From the sequence record SRR22947727_2379: 32,138 bases of DNA. One strand, 5' to 3'. A model generated the notes under the pieces. The model made no database searches. It was not told where the DNA came from and worked only from the letters and a program-made list of their open reading frames with translations. Positions within the stretch are counted from its first letter, which is position 1. Each line of letters opens with the position of its first letter. The translations under genes and the position numbers were made by a program. Positions 8,501-18,300 of this stretch are shown one piece after another.

Positions 8501-8814
8501 ATCCCGATGATCCTGAAGCAATCAATCGCAAACCGTTGCGAGCAGTTCCCGTACAAGTCAATTCCAGCGGGCTTCCTGTCGTTCGCCCTATCTTAGAGGA
8601 CGATCCGATCGAACCCGTTGCCAATCGCGTTCGCCTTGCTCCGCCCCCTCCGATTATGCTGGATGGAATCGCTGGAGAAGAACCGGTTCCTGTCGAAGCC
8701 GGTCCAGCCATTTCCCGCCCAATTTCGGAAGACCCTTCGCCAGAAGAGGAACCTGAGCCTGCAATTGAACGGCGCGCAGTGCCTCGTACGGGAAGCATTT
8801 TCAAAAATCAGTGA
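5548..8814 (+). CDS. Class A penicillin-binding protein (PBP1A-like): GT51 transglycosylase plus transpeptidase-fold domain, with long acidic N-terminus and Pro-rich C-terminus
   Basis: GT51 motifs EDSRFHTHNGVD, GASTITQQLARN, RKVTE and KIMELYMNRIYFG. One TM helix at aa ~195-225. Transpeptidase domain with AGKTGT and DNWFVGYT; SxxK and SxN are degenerate. Confidence 0.92.
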   Translation: MSFSRTLSAQKYVSTDIPDTGPIDEAVDDLPDELEPAPLEDLESEGESVSSEPEISNDETEEVAAEVEEETVTPPIEEEFPAEDEIIETPLSLVPDTEIEEETQLFAEELERVEIEDFSEPPLEVDQDEEEEEEFNEDDVVGIGNVAFDDELSPILDEQDADDDLELSAIDAIPLPPPPNTLKPAASRKKKLLRLWAFVKFCLFMLALFLIVGVIGGVGVYFYCLPRYELAQSLDMSKIDDLEVASKIFDRNGKELGRIYVQNRHPVPYESVSENFTNALLAAEDSRFHTHNGVDPKGLLRVLFQAIKTGEVNQGASTITQQLARNAFDMRERSISRKVTEAFLAWRIEKEIADKNKIMELYMNRIYFGDGYYGIASAAEGFFGKKASDLTIAEAATLAGVIRNPYYRGPRKFPAESKNTRDSVIRRMLKLDFIEENQSEAAINQPITTIPKKNQTGRSKYVYDRVRQQVIEQLGYETVSQGGYTIRTTIDIDVQQKAEEKLRSQLDEVEKHPDFKHQTLAQYKELKKEFSDAENGSQPPNPTYLQGSLLMIENKTGAIVALVGGRDFSDSMFDRTSMGRRPSGTAFLPFVYASAFESGKFPGSLVADTPMDQSNLQIGGLTGIVAEWGPEDLDNTYENSITYRRALSKSAIGATVKVGTTAKLDNIVDLAKSVGMSFDGDLQNFNATMVGRNVVSMSELCEAYTIFPNNGDRPEATYLIESITDANGIEIFKPEKRMTNRPAIDKYSAFQVTSCLQDSLKTGSAKKATEEYGLGDYPAAGKTGTEYGFTDNWFVGYTSEVTCAVWAGFDKTEQIYPLAFSADTVLPVWTDVMNAAKASYPPQEFTPPSDAAEVEVCTHSGELATNDCFEIVQNGTAATQVRTTFIEYLRPGTEVKSICSIHARPGSQVLTGAGRLTLTGNNKRPQPIRVSLVGADLGEPIIPMAMTVVGEDPYASVVPVVRAKVALPHPDEETDDPEAIPGEENPDDPEAINRKPLRAVPVQVNSSGLPVVRPILEDDPIEPVANRVRLAPPPPIMLDGIAGEEPVPVEAGPAISRPISEDPSPEEEPEPAIERRAVPRTGSIFKNQ

Positions 8815-8876
8815 GCCAACAACTCGCATCATTTCGAAATTGCTCTTTTTTCTGCAAGACCGTAGGATTGCCGATC

Positions 8877-9833
8877 ATGAAATTTCCCGTCTCGATTTTT
8901 TCACTGGTGATACTGACGCTCACCGCTTCATTCGCTCAGGATAAAGAAGCCGCGCCGAAAACGACAAACCTTCCACCAGATCCATTCGGAGATTTGGAAC
9001 CGGTCCCGGTGATTCCTGATTACGCGATGAAAGTGGATCGCACTCGCGGTCTGATGACAATCGATGCCAAAGACGGCACCTACGTTCCGGGAAGCCACTT
9101 CGCCCACTGGAATTGGACGACCAACGCAAAACGCTGGGGGAATTATTATGTGACTTTGAATTACGAATCCGTCGCCACCAAAATGGGGATCAATGTAAAA
9201 ATCGGCGACAACACAGTCAAAAGCTACGCTCCTCGCACCAGCAGTGGCGAACCGAAGTTAGGCGATATTACGCTCGGAACCATTTATGTGCCAAAATCCG
9301 GAGAATACCCAGTCACCCTTCTCAGCGCCGACAAATCAAACGGCCCCGCATTCTTTGTCCGTGGCCTTACAATCCATCCGGCTCCCGAAGGGAAAGTAGA
9401 AGGTCAATCCATCGATGGCTCGATCGAATTGCTAGCTAAGACAGCGACCACGTATTCTGAAATGATGCGCTACGAGCCGAAGCCCGAGAAAAATTGCCTC
9501 GGTTACTGGATCGACGAAAAAGACTGGGCCGAGTGGGTTTTCGAAGCAGGGATGCCCGGCAAATTCAAAGTCAGCGTTGTTCAAGCTTGCGGAACCGGCA
9601 ACGGGGGCAGCGAAGTGGCCGTTCTTGTTAACGATCAAACTTTGAAATTCACCGTCGAAGACACCGGTGGCTTTCAAGAATGGAAAACCCTCGAGATTGG
9701 CGAAGTCGAAATCAAACACGCCGGAGAACAGAAGCTCGCCATCATGCCGCTCAAGAAATCAGCCAAGGCAGTGATGGATATTCAAAAAATCTTCCTTGAG
9801 CCCGTCGCAGCGAAAACAGCGGCCGCTGAATAA
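8877..9833 (+). CDS. Exported protein with two beta-sandwich, carbohydrate-binding-module-like (CBM6/35-type) domains
   Basis: Signal peptide MKFPVSIFSLVILTLTASFA/QD from the ATG at 8877. C-terminal domain GYWIDEKDWAEW...GKFKVSV...TGGFQEWKTLEIGEVEI...GEQKLAI resembles CBM6/35 folds, and the N-terminal domain has a similar pattern. No catalytic domain recognised. Confidence 0.7.
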   Translation: MKFPVSIFSLVILTLTASFAQDKEAAPKTTNLPPDPFGDLEPVPVIPDYAMKVDRTRGLMTIDAKDGTYVPGSHFAHWNWTTNAKRWGNYYVTLNYESVATKMGINVKIGDNTVKSYAPRTSSGEPKLGDITLGTIYVPKSGEYPVTLLSADKSNGPAFFVRGLTIHPAPEGKVEGQSIDGSIELLAKTATTYSEMMRYEPKPEKNCLGYWIDEKDWAEWVFEAGMPGKFKVSVVQACGTGNGGSEVAVLVNDQTLKFTVEDTGGFQEWKTLEIGEVEIKHAGEQKLAIMPLKKSAKAVMDIQKIFLEPVAAKTAAAE

Positions 9834-9909
9834 ACACATGGGTAGCTCGAATGAGCCTTGAATGGTTTTGTCATTTTTTTTGATTTTTGCCTAAGATTCG
9901 GGTCTCTCA

Positions 9910-12324
9910 ATGATCCCGAACACTCCCGCAAAAAATCCTTTTTCACGATCCAATAGGGTTGGCTCATCGAACCAACAGGGTCTGTTCGTTTCGCCCTCAC
10001 GAACCAATAGGGTCTGTTCGTTGATCCAACAGGGTTGGATCGTCGCTACACTTCTTTTCATCTCGTTCCTCAACGCTCAAGACGCGCCCGTTCGGGGATC
10101 GATTGTTGAAGATCGCGCGGCGAAAAAATTGCTCGAAGCGGGTGACGCCCGAATCGAAGCGGAAGAAACCGAAAAAGCGCTCGAGATCTGGCGGTCAGTT
10201 ATCGAACGCTATCCGCGCTCGAAATTTCGATTCGATGCCCATTTGCGATTGGGAAGTTTTCTCCTCGAAAAACGTCGCGCTTTCGATGAAGCGCGTGGTC
10301 ATTTTGAAGCTGTCGATGTCGAAGCCAACACGGATGACGCGCAACGTGCTGCGGCGGCACTGCAAACGGGGGTTTGTTTTTACGAAGGTCGACTGTATGG
10401 CCAGTGCTTCAAAGTATTGCGCCGCGTGATCGAAGATTACCCGTCTTCGGAACAAGTAAACTCGGCCTATTATTTCATCGGCCTCGGCCATTTTAAACAG
10501 GGGCATTACAGCCGGGCCATTGAAGCGTTGGAAAAAGTGGGAACCGCGCTTTCTGAAGAAGATGCTCAGATAGACAAAGTAGAAGCTGGAAAGCGGCTTT
10601 TCGTGAAAGTCGCCGATCAAGACCTCGCCGTTCTTGAGCCAGGCGAAACCGTGACGCTTCGCTGCAAAGCGAAGAGTGGCGATGAAGAAGATGTGATTTG
10701 CCATCCGATCGGGCGTCAGGTTCGCGTGATTTTGGGATCGATACCGACAGCCCTGGGCGCTCCCGCTCATGGAAATGGCCGGCTTGAAGTTCAGGGCGGA
10801 GATACAATTGAAGTCACTTACATCGATGCCCAAACAGCCGACCGAAAATTTGATGAGCAGCGTTTATACACCGTCAACGTCGTTGGAACAGCAATCGCGC
10901 AAATCATGGACGGATCGTTTGGCGACACGCTTGCAGGTGTGGTCATCGGAAAACAGGCGAACTTGGAAATTCTCGACGCCGATTTTGATACAGGTGACGG
11001 GGCCGACAAACTGACCGCAACAGCAGAAATCTGGCGTGAGAAATCAACCGCAGAGCTGGATGAAGAGATCGCAGCGGCGGCCGCAAAACAGGATCCGCTC
11101 GCAGAAACAAATGAAGACGGCAAGGTGGATTTGAAGGTCGAACGGTTTAAGAAAATTGATGAAACCAAAGTGACGCTGACTGAAGCTTCGATTGTTCGCG
11201 AAGTTTTCAACGAAGTGGAAACCGCAGACGAAACGCCTGGCGACGATGCAGCGCCCGCTCCAGAAAGCGCTCCGATCACTGAAACAGAAGACGCGCCACC
11301 AACAGTTCACAGTGGGATTTTCCGCGGACAAGTCGTCATCGCAGACGAAGCAACGCCAAAGGCGGGCGATTCGATTTTACAGGCTCAGCCGGGGGATTTG
11401 TTGCGACTTCGCTATCGCGACGAAAAAAATCTTACCCGCGCTTCGATTGATCTGACTGCGCAAGCTCGTTGCATCGAAGGCAATTTAGGGAATGTCAGGG
11501 TGACCAAAACCGACATCTCAAACGCGGAGTTGAAAATCAAAACGCAACTGGGCTCTGCCGATGCATTGACGAATATCGGCAATCACTACCGTGAATTTGG
11601 CCTTCAGAAAAAGGCTGACCTAAAATACGAAGAAGCACTTTCGGTCGCCAACGAAGTTCTAGCCGAGGCACGAAAACTCGGCGGATCGATTTTGGAAAAC
11701 GCCTATGTGCAGCTGTGGCGGACATATTTTGCGATGGAAAACTACAATCTCGCGGTGGCGATGAGCCAGCAGTTGATGAAAGAATTTCCGGAATCAACCT
11801 TTGTAGATCAAGCGATGTTGCAACAGGCAGATGCCTTTCGAGCGCAAGGGAAATTGCCGGACGCGATCCGATTGTATGGTTCGATTCTTCGTTTGAACGA
11901 CAGCCCGCTGAAGGGTGAGGCTCAATTTGGCATTGCCGAAACCTACGAAAAGATGGCCGCCGATGCAGCCATCGCTCAATCAGACGCGCTGTATGAAAGG
12001 GCTTTTGTTGAGTATCACAAGGTCTACGAATCGTTTCCCGACAGTGGTCGAGTCGGTGACGCCGTTGCGAAGATGGCGAATTTCTATTACAAAAAACAGG
12101 ACTATTCGCGAGCGATCGATGTCTTCGAAAATGTTCTCTCTGAGTATCCCGACGCGAATTTCCTCGACGTCATTTTGTTCAACTACGGTCGATGCCTGTT
12201 CCGCCTCGATCGCAAAGCGGAAGCCCGAAGAATGTTTGATCAATTGATCAATGAATTCCCCGAGAGCTCCGTCGCCGGAGAAGCTAAACGGATCAGCGAT
12301 GCGCTGGTGAAGGCGGGAATCTAA
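9910..12324 (+). CDS. Exported tetratricopeptide-repeat protein (BamD/CpoB-type TPRs flanking two beta-rich repeats)
   Basis: Repeated TPR turns (ERYPRS, EDYPSS, KEFPES, ESFPDS, SEYPDA, NEFPES) and signal-like WIVATLLFISFLNA/QD. Central domains GKRLFVKVADQDL...GGDTIEVTYID and LEILDADFD...HSGIFRG...PGDLLRLRYRD. Start is either ATG 9910 or the in-frame TTG at 10021. Confidence 0.85.
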   Translation: MIPNTPAKNPFSRSNRVGSSNQQGLFVSPSRTNRVCSLIQQGWIVATLLFISFLNAQDAPVRGSIVEDRAAKKLLEAGDARIEAEETEKALEIWRSVIERYPRSKFRFDAHLRLGSFLLEKRRAFDEARGHFEAVDVEANTDDAQRAAAALQTGVCFYEGRLYGQCFKVLRRVIEDYPSSEQVNSAYYFIGLGHFKQGHYSRAIEALEKVGTALSEEDAQIDKVEAGKRLFVKVADQDLAVLEPGETVTLRCKAKSGDEEDVICHPIGRQVRVILGSIPTALGAPAHGNGRLEVQGGDTIEVTYIDAQTADRKFDEQRLYTVNVVGTAIAQIMDGSFGDTLAGVVIGKQANLEILDADFDTGDGADKLTATAEIWREKSTAELDEEIAAAAAKQDPLAETNEDGKVDLKVERFKKIDETKVTLTEASIVREVFNEVETADETPGDDAAPAPESAPITETEDAPPTVHSGIFRGQVVIADEATPKAGDSILQAQPGDLLRLRYRDEKNLTRASIDLTAQARCIEGNLGNVRVTKTDISNAELKIKTQLGSADALTNIGNHYREFGLQKKADLKYEEALSVANEVLAEARKLGGSILENAYVQLWRTYFAMENYNLAVAMSQQLMKEFPESTFVDQAMLQQADAFRAQGKLPDAIRLYGSILRLNDSPLKGEAQFGIAETYEKMAADAAIAQSDALYERAFVEYHKVYESFPDSGRVGDAVAKMANFYYKKQDYSRAIDVFENVLSEYPDANFLDVILFNYGRCLFRLDRKAEARRMFDQLINEFPESSVAGEAKRISDALVKAGI
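9946..10041. repeat. Four direct copies of the 20-bp REP-like repeat overlapping the 5' end of the 804-aa TPR gene
   Basis: cgatccaatagggttggctc (9946), cgaaccaacagggtctgttc (9968), cgaaccaatagggtctgttc (10000) and tgatccaacagggttggatc (10022). Arranged as two pairs 54 bp apart. Confidence 0.85.
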
Positions 12325-12345
12325 ATTTTTAAACGACTTTTTGCG

Positions 12346-15300
12346 ATGAAACTGATTTCGAAAATTACTCTGGCTCTATTCGTCTGCGTGGCAGCGACCG
12401 GCCTATCTCAAGATGAGCCATCAGCAGCTGAAAAAAAGGCGGCTGATCTCGAAGCCAAACTTCGGCAGACGTTGGAGTCTTCGGAAGAAGGGGCGCGGGT
12501 GCTTCTGGAACTGGTGGATTTGTATTATGTGGAGGGACAGGTCTTTGGACTGGTGCGCTCGGGCAAGACGTTCGTGACTGTTCAGGTCGGGCACCCCCGC
12601 CATGAAGAGATCATGGGGAAGTTGATTGATGGACTGGCAATCGCTTCTCGAAATTCAGATTTGAAAGCGAACATTTTGCAATTTGTGGATCGCTATCCCA
12701 ACTCGAAGCGAGCCGCCGAATTTCACCGAATGCTGGCACAAGTATTGGAGCGGGAGGGGCAACGGCGCGACGCGGCAGATCACTATCGGACTTCATGGGA
12801 AAAACGCGGGGTTGCTACTGGAGCGGGGGATGCGGAGAAAGCTTTTAAGCTCTACGCGGATCTGCGGAGTGAGGTGACGGCGAAAATTATGGGGGAGATG
12901 GCGCTGAAGTTGTTGGATCAGCTGCCGGCGAATGTCTCAGCGGGGCAGTTTGGCATGGCTGCGGTGTATCAGACGCGGACTTATGGGGGTCAGTATGCGC
13001 TGAGCAATCAGGTGGGGGCAAAAATCATCACTAAAAAGCTGCCGTTGGTAGATCGGCAGGCGTGGGAGGTTCACAGCTGGATGGGGGATAATTTCCGGAC
13101 GGAGAAGCAGTATGCCAATGCGATTCAATCGTATCGGCAGGCGATCGCGAAAGGCACGGACTACCATGAGACGCATCGGAATCTGATTCGTTCGCTCTAT
13201 GATTCGCAGGCGGCCCAGGGGGATTTGGATAAGGCGGTGAATGATTATCTGCGGGCGTTTCCGGAGGAAACGGTGGCTCGCAAAGCGGAGATGAGTGTGC
13301 TGATGGCACTGTCTAAACAGCGTGCGGGGGATGTGAACGGTGCGCTGGCGATCTTGAATCAGGTGTTGCGGGAGCATGCCTCTACGTCGGCGTATCTTTT
13401 CTCATGGACGGAGGAGGAGCCGTTGTGGAAACGGGCGGAGCAGATTTATCAAGATGCGGCAAAGCAGAATCCTGAGGATGTGCATCGGCTGCATTATTCG
13501 GCTGCGTTTTCGCTTTACCGGGATCGGCTGAAGAATGACGGGGCGGCCAAAAATCTTTTGCGCGGTCATATTCTCTACAAGTCGCCGCTGCCGAATGCGG
13601 GCAATGAATTCCGGGTGGCGTTGGATTGGATTCTCGACACGGCGGCAAATGACGGGGAGTTTCAGAATGAGATCCGCAAGCATTTTGATCACGCGAAGAA
13701 GAACGGGCAAAATCAAAATTACTCGAAGGCGGTGGAGCAATGGCTAGCTGAAGCAAAGCGGTCGAAAGAGGATGTAATCAAGAACCGTTATCGCTGGGCT
13801 CAGGCTGAGTATGCGAAGTTTCGCAAGGATCCTACGCTGCGACTGTGGGAGTCGGCTTTGCAGAACCGGATGAAGGGGCACGGGGCTCGAGAGCAATTGC
13901 TGAAAACGAATCTGATGGTGGAGCAGCGCAAGCAGTTGCTGGCGCTTCATGCGTATGACATCCGGACGTATGGCGATTCACGGAAGCGAAATGAGTCGAT
14001 CCCGTTTTATGAGCAGTTGGCGAAGTTGGATGCGAAGGATTATGTAAGCGGGAAGGCATGGGTGGAGGTGGCATCGGGCTATGGGGACGTTGCTCAATGC
14101 AAAGCTGCGTTGGAGCACTTGCTAAATCTGGATCAGACGACGCAGGACGCGGTTGGTTGGTATCATGCATCGAACGCGGCGCGGAAATCGGAAGACCCGA
14201 CGCTGCAAAAGCGGGTATTGGATTGGATCCGGAAGAATCAGCAGCGGGTGGGGGCTTCGAATGCCTACGCGGGAACGATCATAGGGAACTTGCGGGCGAT
14301 GGAGTTGGAGGCTGACGCGGTGGCTTACATGAATGAAGCGGCGAAGCGTGATCTGAACTATTCGGATACACAGACGGCGGTGCGGGGGCTTTTTGAACTG
14401 CAAGAAGAGGGGCCGGCGCGCATTAATTTTTTGAAGCCGTATCTGGCTCAGTCGAGTGACAACCACGGGCACTATGCCAGTTGGACCGCGGATGAATATT
14501 TGAAGCTGGGTGATTTCGCTAACTTTGAAAAGGTTTGCCGTGAGGCGCGGAAAACTCAGAATGGGCGTCGGCTCCGTCCCTGGAGCTTTTATGGAAATGC
14601 ATGGGTGAGCCATGCGCTTGCCAATGAGGAGTGGACTGCCGAGCAAAAGGAGCAGGTTTACCGTGTTGTTCGAGATATGAATTATGGTCGTGATAGCGCA
14701 CTCGGCGAGATGGCTTTGCTGGAAGTCGAGGGGTTTAACATGAAGCCTGTCGAGCGACTGCTCGCTTACCGAACGGCAACGATTGAGGTGCAAAAGGATC
14801 AGACGAGTTACAACTATTTATTCCCATGGGCGCAAAAGGCAATGGGGCGCGATGAGTTTGCTGAGGCGGCTGCTTTGGCGACAGGGTTGCTGGCGAATAT
14901 TGATAACATCGGCGTGGATACAAAGGGGAAAACCCGATCGCTGATTCGTGAGGCTTATGGAAAAATGGGGGCACTCGGGATGGAGGTCAATGCGGATAGC
15001 CCGATGGCACCCTTGCTGGAAATCGGTCTTCATTTACGACTCGGCGATCGAGAGCGAGCGCTTGAGGCTTACACCGAAAATCTAAAACGTTTTGACGAAT
15101 TTGTATTGGAGTTGCCATCCGAATTGGTTGCGTTCGCGGCAGATTCCCACACTACGGCTGGAGGTGAACAGAATTACGATCGTGCCGAATCCATCCTTCG
15201 AAAATGGATGGTCGCTCACAGCGAAAGCGAGAAATTCTCAGATTCAGAGAAGGCTAAAATGCAGCTTCTCCTTGCGAGAAATTACGACCGCGCCAAGCGC

Positions 15301-18300
15301 TTCGAAGTGGCTCGGAGCGAATACACTACGGTGGTAAATCGCTACCCTGAAACGGAAGAAGCCGTCGAAGCTCGTTTCGGCATTGGTGAAACCCAAATGG
15401 CGCAGAAGATTTTTGACCAGGCGGAGGAGACTTTTTTAGATCTCTCAAACAACCCGATTTCTAAAGTTCGCATTCGGGGAATGTTTCTCCTCGGAGTGTT
15501 GGAAAGCCGAAAAGGAAATACGGAAGATGCGCGAAAGATTTTCAAAGACGTTCTGAGTTCGATGCCGGATGTCTCTCTCGCGAACGAAACCCTGTTTAAC
15601 CTGGCGGAGGTTTACGGCGGCGAACAACGGTATTTGGACCAGCTGAATTTGCTCCGCACAGTTGGACGCTTGGGACAGGAATCAAAGCGCTGGCACGAGC
15701 CGGGACGCGCCCTTTCAATTGTTGTTCAGGATTCCGATTTGGGAATCAGTCGCGGCCATACAAAAATCCCCGTGCAGGTGACAACGGTTCCGGGCGGCGA
15801 TCGTGAGATGGCTCACCTTTCATCCGGCGGAGCTGGCAAGGGACTTTTCATTGGGGAAATCGAAACCAGCCTGGGATTGGCGCAGGCTGAAAACGGAGTA
15901 CTCGAAGTTTCCGGAAACGATTTGATCAAGGTCGATTATCCGGAGGATTTTAAGAATGAGTTTCAATTCAATCCCCTGGCCACCGGTGATATCGGAATTG
16001 CAATTGACGCAGAGTTCACGATGGCCAGTTCCCAAATCGTCGATGAAGAAGTCGAAACCGAAGCCGAGCGAATTGCGCGAGAAGAAGCGGAGGAAGGCGA
16101 TTTGCGTCAGTCAATTCAGCGCCCGCAAAATGAAATCAAACCCGGAAATCCGATCTACCTTCGCGTCACCGATCTTGACCGCGATATTTCCGGAGAGGCT
16201 GATGAAGTGATGGTGAAAGTGACAGCTTCAAGCGGAGACGAAGCTCAAGTGATTCTCCGTGAAACCGGATCGCATTCCGGAATTTTTGAGGGATCGGTCG
16301 ACTCGAGCGATCTGCCGGCGGGGGCACTGGCCACGGACACTGCAATCGAACACAATCCGCTGATGGCAATCGACAAAGATCCTGCGTCAGCTTGGGTCAG
16401 TCAGCCCGATGGGCTCACACCGAAATGGTTGTCTGTTGATTTGAAAGAACTGCGGACGGTTTCGAAGGGAACGTTCACGACCCCGAATCCACTGGATCAA
16501 GCGCCGGTCCGCACAAGGCTGCAAGGAAGCCATGACGGACGATTCTGGTATCCACTCGCCGAACATCCGCAACGCGAGACCGCGGAAAAACCTGCGGGTG
16601 ATTTCAAACGGATGACTCAACGCCTTTGGCACAGTCGAAATGCGTCGGCCATCACCAATTGGCAGGAAGTGATCAAGCTCGCAAAAAGTCAGCCGCCCCA
16701 TGAAGAATCTCAGCCCGATGAACTTCACTACAAAACTGAAATTCCCATTGATGCAGAAGAACGACGAAAGCGAAAAGCCGATCCCTGCGGTGTTATTTGG
16801 CAGGGCGCTTTCATTCAACCGCGAGATGGTGCCGTGCGATTCGCTATTTCGGGCCAAACAGCTGGTGCCATGATAGATGGCCTGCTGATTCAGCCTATCG
16901 TCAAAGTTCAGCGTCAGGTGGAACTTGATGTCTATCTTGAAGCCGGGCTCCACGAAGTGATTTTCTTTGCTTCGACAAGCGATTCGGGCCGCCGGCCCAT
17001 CGGAGTGTTGAGAACCCGCGAGAATCCAAATACCAGCCAAGTTCGACTGACTCGATTCGTGCCGGAGGATTTTGATTTGAATCAGGCCTTTGCTGCCGAT
17101 CTGAAACCGGCGGGCAACTATCCACTCGGCACAATGTCGGCTGATGACGAAGGAAAATGGGAATTTGGAATTGAGCCCCGCGAGCTTCGTCACGTGCGCA
17201 TGGTGATCGACGAATATGTAGGCCAGGCCGTTGCCATCAACTCTGTTACCGTGGCAAGCCCTAAGGACCAATTTATTCCGACCGAACAGGATTTGATGCA
17301 GCTCTCCAGCAACAACATTCTTGAAATCACTCCGGGGGATCAACTCGAATCGACCTACATCGATGAACTCCCAACGGGTGGTGAGCCTAAAAATCGCGCT
17401 CTCTCAGAACGACTCAACGCCACGTATTACAACGGCTCAATCACCCCGATCGCCTACGACTTCGTCAGAAATAGCAACGGCACGGTTGAAGAGACCGAGA
17501 AAGACCTGCTACGAATTGATCCCGGAGAACGTATCACGCTGGAGATCGTAGATTTTGATTTGGACTCCACCGGCCAACGAGACAAAGTGCCAGTGAAGGT
17601 TCAGATTGGTGATGGAGCTCCCGTCGAATTATTTGCGACGGAAACCGAATCCACCTCGGGTATCTTCAAAACGGAAATCGATACGTTTGATCCCAACGCA
17701 CCGGTAGCTGAAGTGAAGCCGGAAATTGCTTCTGAAGATGGAGAGACCGAAGAAGAAGAAGACGCGGAAACAGATCCCGCGCCTGAATCCGATCTGCCAA
17801 AACTAGCCATCAAATCGGGAGACCAGATTTACTTTACCTACCGAGATCAAGAGAACACCTTTCCCGGCCACGCGATCGATCGCGATGCGGTGATTTATGT
17901 TCGAGAACCAACGGCAGGGCGTTTTCGAATTCTTGAAACCCGCGTCACACCTCCACAAACTGAAGGTGCTCAATCAAAAGTCACCTTTTCGAATTCGGAA
18001 AGCGCAGAAGGAGTAATCAAAGGGGTCGCTTATGACGTTCCGCTTACCGTTGAAGTCATTGATGAAGATGCAGCGAGAGATTCGCGCTCCGAAGTCACAG
18101 TTTCACTGACTCTCGCAAACGCTCCCGAAGGAACCGAACCCGTTAAGGTCGCCTGCCGAATTTCGGCGGCTCATTCAGATCTCGACGACTCCCTTGCGCA
18201 GGTTCGGAACCCGGCGCTGCATCAAGGCCGGTTTGTAGGGCAAGTCACCATGCGTCTTGGGGGATCCAACAGTCCCACATTGATTCCCCGCGCTCCTGGA

